A stretch of DNA of 64,000 nt, from positions 104,489 to 168,488 of the forward strand of contig CAVSKI010000006.1 in the NCBI GenBank assembly GCA_963728495.1, read 5' to 3'. The notes beneath the pieces are model-generated. The model did no database searches. It saw nothing but the letters and a program-made list of their open reading frames with translations, and was not told where the DNA came from. Source of the stretch: an uncultured Thermoleophilaceae bacterium (GTDB lineage: Bacteria; Actinomycetota; Thermoleophilia; Solirubrobacterales; Thermoleophilaceae). The translations under genes and the position numbers were made by a program. Below are positions 9,228-17,921 of the stretch, one piece after another; the first letter of the stretch is position 1, and each line of letters opens with the position of its first letter.

Positions 9228-10508
9228 ATGCGCGAGAACAATTACGACGCAATCGTGGTGGGCGCGCGCTGCGCCGGCTCTCCGACGGCGATGCTCCTCG
9301 CCCACAAGGGTTACAAGGTGCTGGTGGCCGACCGGGCGCGGTTTCCGTCCGACACGATCTCGACCCATCTGATCCATCCCCCCGGGGTGGCGGCGCTGAA
9401 GGAGTGGGGTCTGCTGGACCGGCTGATCGCCACCGGGTGCCCCGGCATCGACACTTATGCGTTTGACTTCGGGGGGTTCACGATCTCGGGCGCCCCTGGG
9501 ACCGACCAGAGCGCGCTTGCCTACGCCCCGCGACGCACCGTGCTCGACAAGATGCTGGTGGATGCCGCGTCAGACGCGGGAGCCGAAGTCCGGCAGGGGT
9601 TCACGATTGCGGGTCTCGTGATCGAGGAAGGCCGTGTCACCGGCATCCGGGGGCACAGGCAGGGCGAACCGGCCGTCACCGAGCATGCCCGGGTGGTCGT
9701 GGGCGCGGACGGTCACCACTCGCTCGTAGCACGCTCCGTCAAGCCAGAGCAGTACAACGAGAAGCCGCCGCTTCAGGTCAGCTACTACACCTACTTGAGC
9801 GGCTTGCCGATGGACGGGCGCTACGAGGTCCACCTTCGCCCCGACCGAGGGTTCGCAGCCTGGCCCACGAACGACGACCTGACGGTGGTCATCGGCGGCT
9901 GGCCGCGGTCGGAGCTGGTGGCGAACAGGAAGGACATCGAAGGCAACATCCTCGCGACGATCGAGCTGGTGCCGGACTTTGCCGCCCGCTATCGCGCTGG
10001 CAAGCGCGAGACACGCTTCGTCGGCACGTCGTTGTCGAACTTCCTGCGCAAGCCCTTCGGACCGGGTTGGGCCCTGGTGGGCGACGCCGGCTACACCAAG
10101 GACTTCATCACGGCCCTCGGGATCAGCGACGCCTTCCGTGACGCCGAGCTGTGCGCCACCGGCCTGGACGAAGCGCTCTCGGGCGATCGTCCGTTCGAGG
10201 TCGCCATGGCCGACTACCAGACCGAGCGGGACCGGCGCTCGCTTCCGTTCTATGAGTTCACGGCGCAACTCGCGACACTTCAGTTCCCGCCCCCGGAGCT
10301 CGAGCCACTACTGGCCGCCGTGCAGAGCAACCAGGCATCGATGGACGAGTTCGCGCAGGTCGGCGGTGCTGTGACTTCCCCGGCGGAGTTCCTGTCCGAG
10401 CAGAACGTTGCGCGCCTGCTTGCAGCGGCCGGCGAGCCGTCCGTCGCGCGCGTAGCGAGCGATGAAGGAGGGCAAATCCGGGGCGCTGGGAACCGGCCTA
10501 TCGGATAG
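9228..10508 (+). CDS. FAD-dependent oxidoreductase/monooxygenase (PHBH-fold)
   Basis: N-terminal dinucleotide fold YDAIVVGARCAGSPTAMLLAHKGYKVLVADR and a GD motif LVGDAGYTKDF. Confidence 0.85.
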   Translation: MRENNYDAIVVGARCAGSPTAMLLAHKGYKVLVADRARFPSDTISTHLIHPPGVAALKEWGLLDRLIATGCPGIDTYAFDFGGFTISGAPGTDQSALAYAPRRTVLDKMLVDAASDAGAEVRQGFTIAGLVIEEGRVTGIRGHRQGEPAVTEHARVVVGADGHHSLVARSVKPEQYNEKPPLQVSYYTYLSGLPMDGRYEVHLRPDRGFAAWPTNDDLTVVIGGWPRSELVANRKDIEGNILATIELVPDFAARYRAGKRETRFVGTSLSNFLRKPFGPGWALVGDAGYTKDFITALGISDAFRDAELCATGLDEALSGDRPFEVAMADYQTERDRRSLPFYEFTAQLATLQFPPPELEPLLAAVQSNQASMDEFAQVGGAVTSPAEFLSEQNVARLLAAAGEPSVARVASDEGGQIRGAGNRPIG

Positions 10509-10517
10509 CGTCGCTGT

Positions 10518-11981
10518 GTGAGGCTGCGAGTCGGTGCACGTGTGGCGATCATCGGTGCCGGCCCGAGCGGTCTGGTCGCCGCCAAGCATGCGCTAGAGGC
10601 GGGCTTCGACGTGACGGTCTTCGAGGCGAGCGATGATCTCGGGGGCCAGTGGCACGCGACCGCCTCCCATAGCGGAGTGTGGCCGGGAATGCGTGCGAAC
10701 ACGAGCCGTGCGATGACCGCGTTCTCGGATTTTGGTGCTCCTGGCGAGTATCCGCTTCATCCCTCCGCCGAGCAGATCCACGCGTATCTGCGCGGCTACG
10801 CGGAGCACTTCGGAGTGACCGACCGTATCCGGCTGCACACGCCCGTGAGCCGGGTCTCCCGCGCTGGGGCGGTCGGCGGTGAGCGCTTCGACGGCGTGGT
10901 CGTGGCGTCGGGCCGCTTCCGCAAGCCGCGCCTCCCGCCTGGGCTTGAAGCGTTCGACGGCGACGTCATCCACGCCTTCGACTATCCCGGCGCCGGGCCT
11001 TACCGCGATCGCCGCACGCTGGTCTACGGCAACGGGATCAGCGGCCTGGAGATCGCATCCGATCTCGCGCCCGTCACGGCCGTCGTCTCGGCCTTCCGCA
11101 AGCCCCGCTACGTGATCCAAAAGGTCGTCGACGGCGTGTCGTCCGACTGGCAGTGGTACACGGCGTTCGGGGCGCTCGAGCGGCGCGTGCTCTCGCGCGA
11201 GGCATTGAGCCGCACGCTCCGCGACCGGGTACTGCGCGTCGCCGGCAACCCCGTCGCGTTCGGAGCGCCCGAGCCGGACAGCGACATCTTCAAAGCGGGA
11301 CTGTCCCTCTGTCAGGACTACCTCACGCAGGTCGCGGACGGGAGCATCGTCTGCCGTCCGGCGATCGCCGCGATCGACGGCCGCGCGGTGACCTTCGTCG
11401 ACGGCTCGATCGAGACCGTCGATGCGATCGTGTGCGCGACCGGCTACGACATCGATATCCCCTATCTGCACGACGACGTGTGGTCGGTGCTCGGCCCGGA
11501 CCTGGCCCTCTACCAGCGCACGCTGCATCCGGACCTTCCCGGCTTCGGCTTCATCGGCCAGTTCCTCGCTCAAGGCCCCTACCTCCCGCTGCTCGAGCTA
11601 CAGGCGCGCTGGATCGTCGCAACGTGGGCGGGCGACGTCTCGCCGCCCGACGAGGCACGCATGCGCGCCACGATCGCCGAGCCCCGGCCACCGCTCGACG
11701 CGCACAACGCACTCGCGACGACGCTTGCCGACGAGCTCGGCGTCGCGCCGAGCCTGGTTACCCGCCCCGAGCTCACCGAGGCCCTGCTGTTCGGGCCGCT
11801 GCTCCCGCCGCGCTACCGGCTCGACGGCACCGGGGCATTGCCGGACGCCGCCGAGCGATTCAGCGCGCAGCTCGCCGCGTCGCCGCGGGCGCCGGTCGAG
11901 CTCGCCGACATCGAGGCGCTGCGGGGCTACGGGCTCGGTGAGGCCGCCGACATTGTCTCGCGTCCGACGAGGCTGAGCTGA
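10518..11981 (+). CDS. Flavin-containing monooxygenase-like NAD(P)/FAD oxidoreductase
   Basis: VAIIGAGPSGLVAAKHALEAGFDVTVFEASDDLGGQW, a second Rossmann-like motif LVYGNGISGLEIASDL, and ATGY. Confidence 0.85.
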   Translation: MRLRVGARVAIIGAGPSGLVAAKHALEAGFDVTVFEASDDLGGQWHATASHSGVWPGMRANTSRAMTAFSDFGAPGEYPLHPSAEQIHAYLRGYAEHFGVTDRIRLHTPVSRVSRAGAVGGERFDGVVVASGRFRKPRLPPGLEAFDGDVIHAFDYPGAGPYRDRRTLVYGNGISGLEIASDLAPVTAVVSAFRKPRYVIQKVVDGVSSDWQWYTAFGALERRVLSREALSRTLRDRVLRVAGNPVAFGAPEPDSDIFKAGLSLCQDYLTQVADGSIVCRPAIAAIDGRAVTFVDGSIETVDAIVCATGYDIDIPYLHDDVWSVLGPDLALYQRTLHPDLPGFGFIGQFLAQGPYLPLLELQARWIVATWAGDVSPPDEARMRATIAEPRPPLDAHNALATTLADELGVAPSLVTRPELTEALLFGPLLPPRYRLDGTGALPDAAERFSAQLAASPRAPVELADIEALRGYGLGEAADIVSRPTRLS

Positions 11982-12102
11982 TGGGTCATGAGCACGAGCG
12001 CTCCCAACGGAGTGGCCTCAACGACGAAGAGCCCCCGGAAGGGAGCTCTTCGCCGTCTGAGGAAGGGTCCGGTCAATGCCCTTCCCATCGGTGGGAGGCG
12101 CG

Positions 12103-12666
12103 TTAGTCGTCTGACTCCCGAGCTCTCTTGGATACGCACTTGCCGAAGGCGTTTCGCCGATTACGGTTGTTGCCGTATTCGGCGGCGAAGGCCTCCGTTC
12201 CCATCTCACCCCGTTCCGCGGCGCACTTCTTGGCGGCGTTCTTGCGGTCTTCCGCCTGCTCCTCGTCCTTGGCGTCCATGTCGTCCTTGTGTGCCTTGGC
12301 CTTGGAGGACACGCATTTGCCGTAGGCGTTCTTGAGGTTGTCGGTGGTCCCGTAGAAGTCCTCGAAGGTCTTCCCCTGGTGTAGTTCGGCGAACTGTGGG
12401 TCGTTTCGCTCGGCCTTGCATTGCTTGGCCGCGTTCTCCTTGGCTGCCTCGTTCTCGGCGTGCTCCTCCGAGGTCTTCTTGTGGATGCAGCGCTTCCGCG
12501 AGCCGTACCTGGCGCGGAACGCTTCGCGCGTTGCCTCGGACCCGCCCCGCTCAAACGCGCATTGTTGCTCGGCCGCGTGCTCGTCCGCGTGGTCGGGTTT
12601 GGCGCCCGCGCTCACCGGCACGGCGAAGCCGGCCAGGAACACCAGGGCGATGAGAACTCTGGTCAT
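12103..12666 (-). CDS. Secreted protein with three Cys-pair repeats, unknown function
   Basis: Signal peptide MTRVLIALVFLAGFAVPVSAGA. Three repeats of AAKxCxAER...YG...NAFGKCVSK, giving 6 Cys. The protein is Lys/Glu-rich. Confidence 0.7.
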   Translation of the reverse strand: MTRVLIALVFLAGFAVPVSAGAKPDHADEHAAEQQCAFERGGSEATREAFRARYGSRKRCIHKKTSEEHAENEAAKENAAKQCKAERNDPQFAELHQGKTFEDFYGTTDNLKNAYGKCVSSKAKAHKDDMDAKDEEQAEDRKNAAKKCAAERGEMGTEAFAAEYGNNRNRRNAFGKCVSKRARESDD

Positions 12667-12675
12667 CGCTGTATC

Positions 12676-12699
12676 AACGCGCGAAGACGACGTATGTTC
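12676..12699 (-). promoter_or_regulatory. ECF-type promoter motif GAAC-N16-CGTT (minus strand)
   Basis: The minus strand reads tcGAACatacgtcgtcttcgcgCGTTgatacagcgATG, so CGTT ends 9 nt before the start codon of the Cys-repeat gene. Confidence 0.5.
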
Positions 12700-12712
12700 G
12701 AGAGTTAGGCAC

Positions 12713-12736
12713 GAACCTTCGGCGACCGACTGCGTT
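12713..12736 (+). promoter_or_regulatory. ECF-type promoter motif GAAC-N16-CGTT (plus strand)
   Basis: cacGAACcttcggcgaccgactgCGTTaacg, 58 nt upstream of ATG 12794 of the sigma gene. It is 13 nt from the divergent copy. Confidence 0.5.
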
Positions 12737-12793
12737 AACGTGATTGATGCAGCCGGAGTCGACAGCGCGAGCGACGGGTAAGGGACTTTCAGC

Positions 12794-14290
12794 ATGGACG
12801 CAGCTTCAGTCGGGGCTCGGTCGACCGCGCGGCCTCACCTCTGGTCTCGTCGGTTGCTGGCGCTCGCCGCCGACGAGCGGCTCGTCGAGCAGGTCCGACG
12901 CGGCAACGAGGTGGCCTTCGAGGTGGTGTTCGAGCGGTATGCGCCGGGCTTGCTGGCCTTTTGCCGTCACATGCTCTCGTCGCGGGAGGAGGCCGAGGAC
13001 GCCGTCCAGCTCACGTTCGCGGCCGCTCACGGCGATCTCCTGCGCCGATCCGATCGAGTCGTCGCGCTGAAGCCCTGGCTGTTCACGATCGCGCGTAACC
13101 GGTGTCTTTCGATGCTGCGCGCGCAGCGCGAGGCGCCGACCGAGCTTGGGGACCTACCCACCAGCGGCCTGGGTGTGCAGGTGGAGGAGCGGGCCGAGCT
13201 GCGCCAGTTGCTGGCCGATGTGCGGGAGCTTCCGGATGAGCAGCGCGCGGCGCTGCTGCTCGCGGAGGTCAGCGATATGTCCCACGCCCAGGTCGCCGCG
13301 GTGCTGGGTTGTGAGGTGGCCCGGGTGAAGGCGCTGGTGTTTCGCGCCCGCGGTGCGCTGATGGATCGCCGACGAGCACGCGAGACGCCGTGCGTTGAGA
13401 TCCAGGAGCAGCTCGCGAATCTCAGCGGCGGCTCACTGCGGCGAACCCCCGTGCGACTGCACCTGCGCGAGTGCGCAGCCTGTCGCAGCTACCGCGAGGA
13501 GGTGCGCAACCAACGGAAGATGCTTGGGGCGGCTCTGCCGGTAGCGCCCACCCTGGCCTTGAAGTCGAGCGTGCTGGGGGCCCTAGGGATCGGCGGCGGG
13601 TCGGCCACCGGCGGCATGGCGGTCGGGCTCTCGTCAGCCGCCGGCGCCTTCGGCGGCGGAGCGCTCGCCAAGGTGGCGGTTGTCGCCGTGGTGGCCGGCG
13701 GAACTGCGATCGCCGTTCCTGGCGCAGTCGATTCGCGCCGCGAAGCGGACGCTCCCAATACCGGTGCCGAAAGACATTTCTCCCAACGCGCGCTGACAGG
13801 CTCGCCGGCGCCCGGCCGAGAGTCTCGGCGAACGCCGCGTTTTGAGTCGCTCTCGACACCGGATGCCGCCGGGGCTGGGAAGGCCAAGCCGCGCACCGGC
13901 GCGGACATCCCCGGGCCCGCAGAATCGGCCGGGTCGGCAGAACGGACGCCCATCCCCAGCGGGGCGTCCGGGCATGCGAACGCCGTGAAGGGATCAGCAA
14001 CGCCTCCGGGACAGGCCAGAAAAGCCGACGACAGCGCGCCTCCCGGGCAGGCCAAGAAAGCCGACGACGGCGCGGCCCCGCCAGGGCACGCGAAGCCCGC
14101 GAAGGATGGGCCGCCCGGCAACGGCGCAAACGGGGCAACGGGTGGCAACAGCGCGAACGGCGCGAAGCCAAAGCCGCCAGGCCGGCCAACTCCGAAGGTG
14201 AAGGACCAGGTACCCGCAGCGCCCGCGATTGGGAATTCCGTACCTGCGCCACCGCCCGTCGAAAAGCCCGAGCACAAGGCCAAGCCCTAG
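12794..14290 (+). CDS. ECF sigma factor fused to a ZAS-type anti-sigma domain, TM helix and Pro/Gly/Ala-rich exo-tail
   Basis: Region 2 (DAVQLTFAAAH..KPWLFTIARNRCLSMLR), region 4 (LPDEQRAALLLAEVSDMSHAQVAAVLGCEVARVKALVFRARGAL), then HLRECAAC (H-x3-C-x2-C), TM ALAKVAVVAVVAGGTAIAV, and a low-complexity tail. All lie in one 498-codon ORF. Confidence 0.8.
   Translation: MDAASVGARSTARPHLWSRRLLALAADERLVEQVRRGNEVAFEVVFERYAPGLLAFCRHMLSSREEAEDAVQLTFAAAHGDLLRRSDRVVALKPWLFTIARNRCLSMLRAQREAPTELGDLPTSGLGVQVEERAELRQLLADVRELPDEQRAALLLAEVSDMSHAQVAAVLGCEVARVKALVFRARGALMDRRRARETPCVEIQEQLANLSGGSLRRTPVRLHLRECAACRSYREEVRNQRKMLGAALPVAPTLALKSSVLGALGIGGGSATGGMAVGLSSAAGAFGGGALAKVAVVAVVAGGTAIAVPGAVDSRREADAPNTGAERHFSQRALTGSPAPGRESRRTPRFESLSTPDAAGAGKAKPRTGADIPGPAESAGSAERTPIPSGASGHANAVKGSATPPGQARKADDSAPPGQAKKADDGAAPPGHAKPAKDGPPGNGANGATGGNSANGAKPKPPGRPTPKVKDQVPAAPAIGNSVPAPPPVEKPEHKAKP
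14003..14074 (+). repeat. 36-bp tandem duplication (x2) within the anti-sigma tail
   Basis: cctccgggacaggccagaaaagccgacgacagcgcg / cctcccgggcaggccaagaaagccgacgacggcgcg (32/36 identical), encoding PPGQARKADDSA/PPGQAKKADDGA. Confidence 0.8.
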
Positions 14291-14346
14291 CACCAGCGAC
14301 GCGGTACGTGGGGGCGGGATGAGCCTCGGCCGTGCAGGGGCCGGCA

Positions 14347-14371
14347 GGAGGGCCCGCCTTGTCGGGCCTCC
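14347..14371. terminator. GC-rich hairpin between convergent genes
   Basis: GGAGGGCCC-gccttgtc-GGGCCTCC lies between the sigma-fusion stop (14290) and the nucleotidase stop (14417). There is no U-tract. Confidence 0.35.
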
Positions 14372-14416
14372 CAGTTGGCCACCGCGCCGACGTGCCCGCT
14401 TGTCTGGCGATGCCAG

Positions 14417-15829
14417 TCATTCGGGGTCGAGCTCGCGCCCGAGCCAGGCGACGAGCGCCTCGAGATCGGTGCCCACGATCTCCCGGTCGGTTCCCCGTGC
14501 GAAGGGTTCGCGTTCGGCGACGATGCCGTTGGCTGCGACCGTGTAGACCACGTCCGGGTCGAGGTTGCGTGGCCCGGACACGAGCAGTCCCTTGTGTTCG
14601 GCCATGACCGCGAGTAGATCCGAGCCGCTCATGCGCAGCCGCCACACGGGGTGCTCGTAGGCCTGGGCCGCGAAGGCCTCGGCGTAGCTGATGGGCCCTG
14701 CCTCGAGATCGGATCGCGTGTTGCCGGGATTGAGAAAGGCGATGTCGGCGCCCGCGAAAGCGCGTTGAGCATTCACCGCGAGACGGTCGACCGCCGCCGT
14801 CCTCAGCCGCCGCGCGGCATGCCCGACGATCCGGTTGGCCAGGGGCGCGACCGAGCGGGCGGCGGCGTCGACCAGCGCGTCGATCTCGGGGTCGGGCTCG
14901 ATGCCGGCGTGACGGGTGGGCAGGATGAGGGCCGACTTGGCCACCACGTCGCCGCTGCCGCGATCGACCGTGACCTTCACTCGGTCGAAGGCCACCCCGT
15001 AGGAGAGCGCTTGCACCACCAGCTTGCCGTCGACATCGAGGTTGAGCTGTGAGTGGGTGTGCCCGGCGATTACCACGTCCACCGCGTCGTCCATCTCACG
15101 CGTTTCGTCGACGACCTCCCCGGCGGCTTGATTGCCTGCCTGAAAGGCGCCGGCGTGAGCCAGGACGACGATGGCCTCGACGCCCTGCGCGCGCAGCTCC
15201 GGCACGTAGCGGTTGACCGAGTCGGAGAGGTCGAGCCAGCGATACTGGCGGGCGAACTCCGAGAGCAGGAAGAACGGCGTGTCCTTGGTGGTCACGCCGA
15301 TGAAGCCGACCTTCACGCCGGAGCGTTCGACGATGCGGTAGGGCGGCAGGATCGGCTCGCCGCCCTCGCGCGTTACGGTGTTCGCCGCGACGTAGGGGTA
15401 GCGCGCGCGACGCACGAGGCGCAGCGCCTCGGCGCCGCCCTCGTCGAACTCGTGGTTGCCCAGCGTGCCCACGTCGAAGCCCATCAGGTTGGTGGCCTCG
15501 ATCGTGGGCTCGTCCTTGAAGTGGCTCGAGATGAGCGGGGAGGCACCGACCATGTCGCCCGCGTGGACGCGAATGGTGCGCTCGGAGTGAGCGAGCTCGG
15601 CGCGGTCGAGCCACGCGCCGAGCCACGCGGCGCCACCCACATGGGGCTCGGGCGGCTGGAGGTGGCCGTGGAGGTCGTTGACCCCTAGCAGTTGAAGCTC
15701 GACCGTCCCAGGGCGGTCATCGGACCCGGGCTCCTGCGCGCCCGCCGTCAGGCCCAGCAGCGCAACGAGAAGAGCGGCCGCGAAGGCGGCCGCTCCCGGG
15801 AGCAGATGGCGGCGGTCGATGGATCGCAT
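14417..15829 (-). CDS. Bifunctional metallophosphatase/5'-nucleotidase (UshA-like), secreted
   Basis: GVNDLHGHL, HAGDM and GNHEFD motifs plus a C-terminal 5'-nucleotidase domain. The signal is RR-containing (IDRRHLLPGAAAFAAALL). Confidence 0.9.
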   Translation of the reverse strand: MRSIDRRHLLPGAAAFAAALLVALLGLTAGAQEPGSDDRPGTVELQLLGVNDLHGHLQPPEPHVGGAAWLGAWLDRAELAHSERTIRVHAGDMVGASPLISSHFKDEPTIEATNLMGFDVGTLGNHEFDEGGAEALRLVRRARYPYVAANTVTREGGEPILPPYRIVERSGVKVGFIGVTTKDTPFFLLSEFARQYRWLDLSDSVNRYVPELRAQGVEAIVVLAHAGAFQAGNQAAGEVVDETREMDDAVDVVIAGHTHSQLNLDVDGKLVVQALSYGVAFDRVKVTVDRGSGDVVAKSALILPTRHAGIEPDPEIDALVDAAARSVAPLANRIVGHAARRLRTAAVDRLAVNAQRAFAGADIAFLNPGNTRSDLEAGPISYAEAFAAQAYEHPVWRLRMSGSDLLAVMAEHKGLLVSGPRNLDPDVVYTVAANGIVAEREPFARGTDREIVGTDLEALVAWLGRELDPE

Positions 15830-15914
15830 GGCGCCACGTTAGGCGGGTTTTGCAGGGCTTTTGTCAACGACCCATGGCGATGCCGTGAAGGCGCTGTGAA
15901 CCAGCCGTGCGGTC

Positions 15915-16853
15915 TCAGGGCACTCGAGGACGGCAGGCGACCTTGCCGCCGGTCATGCCGTCGACCATCGCTTGGGTGTTGAAGGCCATCGCCTCGAGGT
16001 AGGTCTCCCCGCTCGACCCCTCGGGGCCGAGGCTGTCGGCCCACAGTGCCTTCCCCACCTTCGCCCCGGCCTCCCTGGACACCGCCTGTTCGAGCCGGTC
16101 GTTGATCGCCGTCTCGGGAAATATGGCTTCGACTCCCTCGTCGCGGATCTGGTCCACCAAGCTGTTGATGTCCTTGACCGACGGCTGGGCCTGGGTCGAC
16201 AGCGAAGGGATGAGCGCCCCCACCACCTCGACTTCGTAGCGCTCGGCGAAGTAGCCCAGCGCGTCGTGCGTGGTCACGAGCTTGCGCTGGCCGCTGGGCA
16301 CCTGCTCCATGCAATCGGCGATCCCGGAATCGAGGCGCTCGAGCTGTTTCGTATACGCCGCCGCGTTGCGGCGGTAGCGGTCGCCCCCTTCGGGGTCGGC
16401 CTTGATCAGGGCATCACGCACGGCCCCCACGGCGAGGATCGCGTTGCGTGGGTCCTGCCACCAGTGAGGATCGGCCTCTCCATCCGGGCCTTCGGTTGTC
16501 TCGACCTCGTCGATCAGCGAGACGAGCTCGGCGTCGCCGCCGGCGTTGCCGAGCAGGTCGTCAAGCCAGCTGTCGAGGTCCCCGCCCGACTTGAACACCA
16601 CCGGCGCGTCGGCCAACGACGCCGCGTCGCTGGGTCGAGGCTCGTAGTCGTGCGGGTCGGCGCCGGCGGAGAGGATCCCGTCCACCTCCACGCGCTCTCC
16701 ACCGACGTTGCGCACGAGGTCCGCCACCTGGGGGGTCGTGGCGACAACGGTTATCTCGGCCTCGCTCCCGCCGGACCCCGACTCCTCGCCACACGACGCC
16801 AGCGCGATAAGGAGAAAACACAAGATCAAGAGCGGCCACCTGGCAGACGGCAT
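15915..16853 (-). CDS. znuA: Metal (Zn/Mn) ABC-transporter substrate-binding lipoprotein, ZnuA/TroA family
   Basis: Lipobox LIALASCG, GADPHDYEPRPSD, and His/Asp metal ligands (DPHWW, THDALGYF). ATG 16853 is preferred over GTG 16865, which lies inside the operator. Confidence 0.8.
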   Translation of the reverse strand: MPSARWPLLILCFLLIALASCGEESGSGGSEAEITVVATTPQVADLVRNVGGERVEVDGILSAGADPHDYEPRPSDAASLADAPVVFKSGGDLDSWLDDLLGNAGGDAELVSLIDEVETTEGPDGEADPHWWQDPRNAILAVGAVRDALIKADPEGGDRYRRNAAAYTKQLERLDSGIADCMEQVPSGQRKLVTTHDALGYFAERYEVEVVGALIPSLSTQAQPSVKDINSLVDQIRDEGVEAIFPETAINDRLEQAVSREAGAKVGKALWADSLGPEGSSGETYLEAMAFNTQAMVDGMTGGKVACRPRVP

Positions 16854-16863
16854 TCCAATCCAC

Positions 16864-16888
16864 ACTACTGAGAATCATTCTCAGTAGT
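16864..16888. promoter_or_regulatory. Perfect 12-1-12 palindrome, Zur/Fur-family box
   Basis: ACTACTGAGAATCATTCTCAGTAGT. Its core TGAGAAT-C-ATTCTCA matches the actinobacterial Zur-box pattern TGAAAATnATTTTCA. It lies 11 nt upstream of the znuA-like start. Confidence 0.7.
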
Positions 16889-16912
16889 TGTCGCAATGCT
16901 GCGAGGCGTTAT

Positions 16913-17686
16913 CTAAAGACCGTCTGGGTGGGTGACGGTGTAACCGCCGGAGGAGCGCATCTCGGTCGTCCATCGCGAACCGCTGCGCGAGCGGGCGCTG
17001 GTGTCGAAGCGCATGCCGGCCACGACCATGTACACGTGGCCCGCGTTGCCGTAGACGCTGATCCAGCTGCCCCGGCCCCTTGTGCCCCAGCGCCCGAAGG
17101 CACCGGAGACCAGAGGGGTGTCGAGCAGGTCGCCGGCGTGCAGGGCGTAGGAGACCGACCCCGAGCAGTCATAGCCCGTGTCCTTCCAGCTGCCGTGACC
17201 GCCGCCCCACTTGTACGGGGTCTTGGCGATCTTGTTGCCCGCCGCGATCACCGCCTTTACCGCCGCCGGCGCCGAGGCGGGCGGGATCGCGAAGCCGTCG
17301 GCGGTGACGTCGCCCTTCTCCCCCGGGACCGCCTCGTCGATCGGCGGAGGCGGGACATACGCGGCGCCGCCGCTGCCGGGGTCGGAGACCGCCCGGCGAA
17401 TGGCGCGGAGCTCACCGCGGGTGGCGCGGCCGTCGGCGCGCAGCTCGAGCTCCACCTCGGTCGCCTTCAGCGCCTGCCCGGTTCGCCGGCCGAAGACTCC
17501 GTCGGCGCGGACGTTGTGCCCGGCGTCGGTCAGATGACGCTGAAGCACCTTGACGTCGGCGCCGCGCGAGCCCTGCATCAGGGGACGCACGCCGTAGGCC
17601 GCCGCGCCGGCGCTCGCGGGCATGGCGATGCTCGCCGCAACGGCAGCAAGGAGAAGCGTCAGGACTGTTCTGGCGCGCGTCGGCAT
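16913..17686 (-). CDS. Secreted peptidoglycan-binding + NlpC/P60 (C40) peptidase
   Basis: Signal MPTRARTVLTLLLAAVAASIAMPASA, a PG_binding_1-like segment (GADVKVLQRHLTDAGHNVRADGVFGRRT), and C40 motifs YKWGGGH..GYDCSGSVSYAL..GHVYMV. Confidence 0.8.
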   Translation of the reverse strand: MPTRARTVLTLLLAAVAASIAMPASAGAAAYGVRPLMQGSRGADVKVLQRHLTDAGHNVRADGVFGRRTGQALKATEVELELRADGRATRGELRAIRRAVSDPGSGGAAYVPPPPIDEAVPGEKGDVTADGFAIPPASAPAAVKAVIAAGNKIAKTPYKWGGGHGSWKDTGYDCSGSVSYALHAGDLLDTPLVSGAFGRWGTRGRGSWISVYGNAGHVYMVVAGMRFDTSARSRSGSRWTTEMRSSGGYTVTHPDGL

Positions 17687-17921
17687 GGTTGGCGGTACGC
17701 CTGCGGGGTTAGCTGACGGGCTCGCGCTGGTATTGCGCTTCACCGCGATCACGCGGCGTTCGCCCCCGGCCATTGATGGCCAATGGTTCCCCCGCTCTCC
17801 CATCTCGCCCGACGGAAGATTCGGCGGTTAACGAGACGGCACCATACAGATCGTCCCCGGACGTCGCCCGCTTCATTCCGGGGCGAGCTCTTGCAGCGGC
17901 TCGCCTGCTACTGTTCACCTT

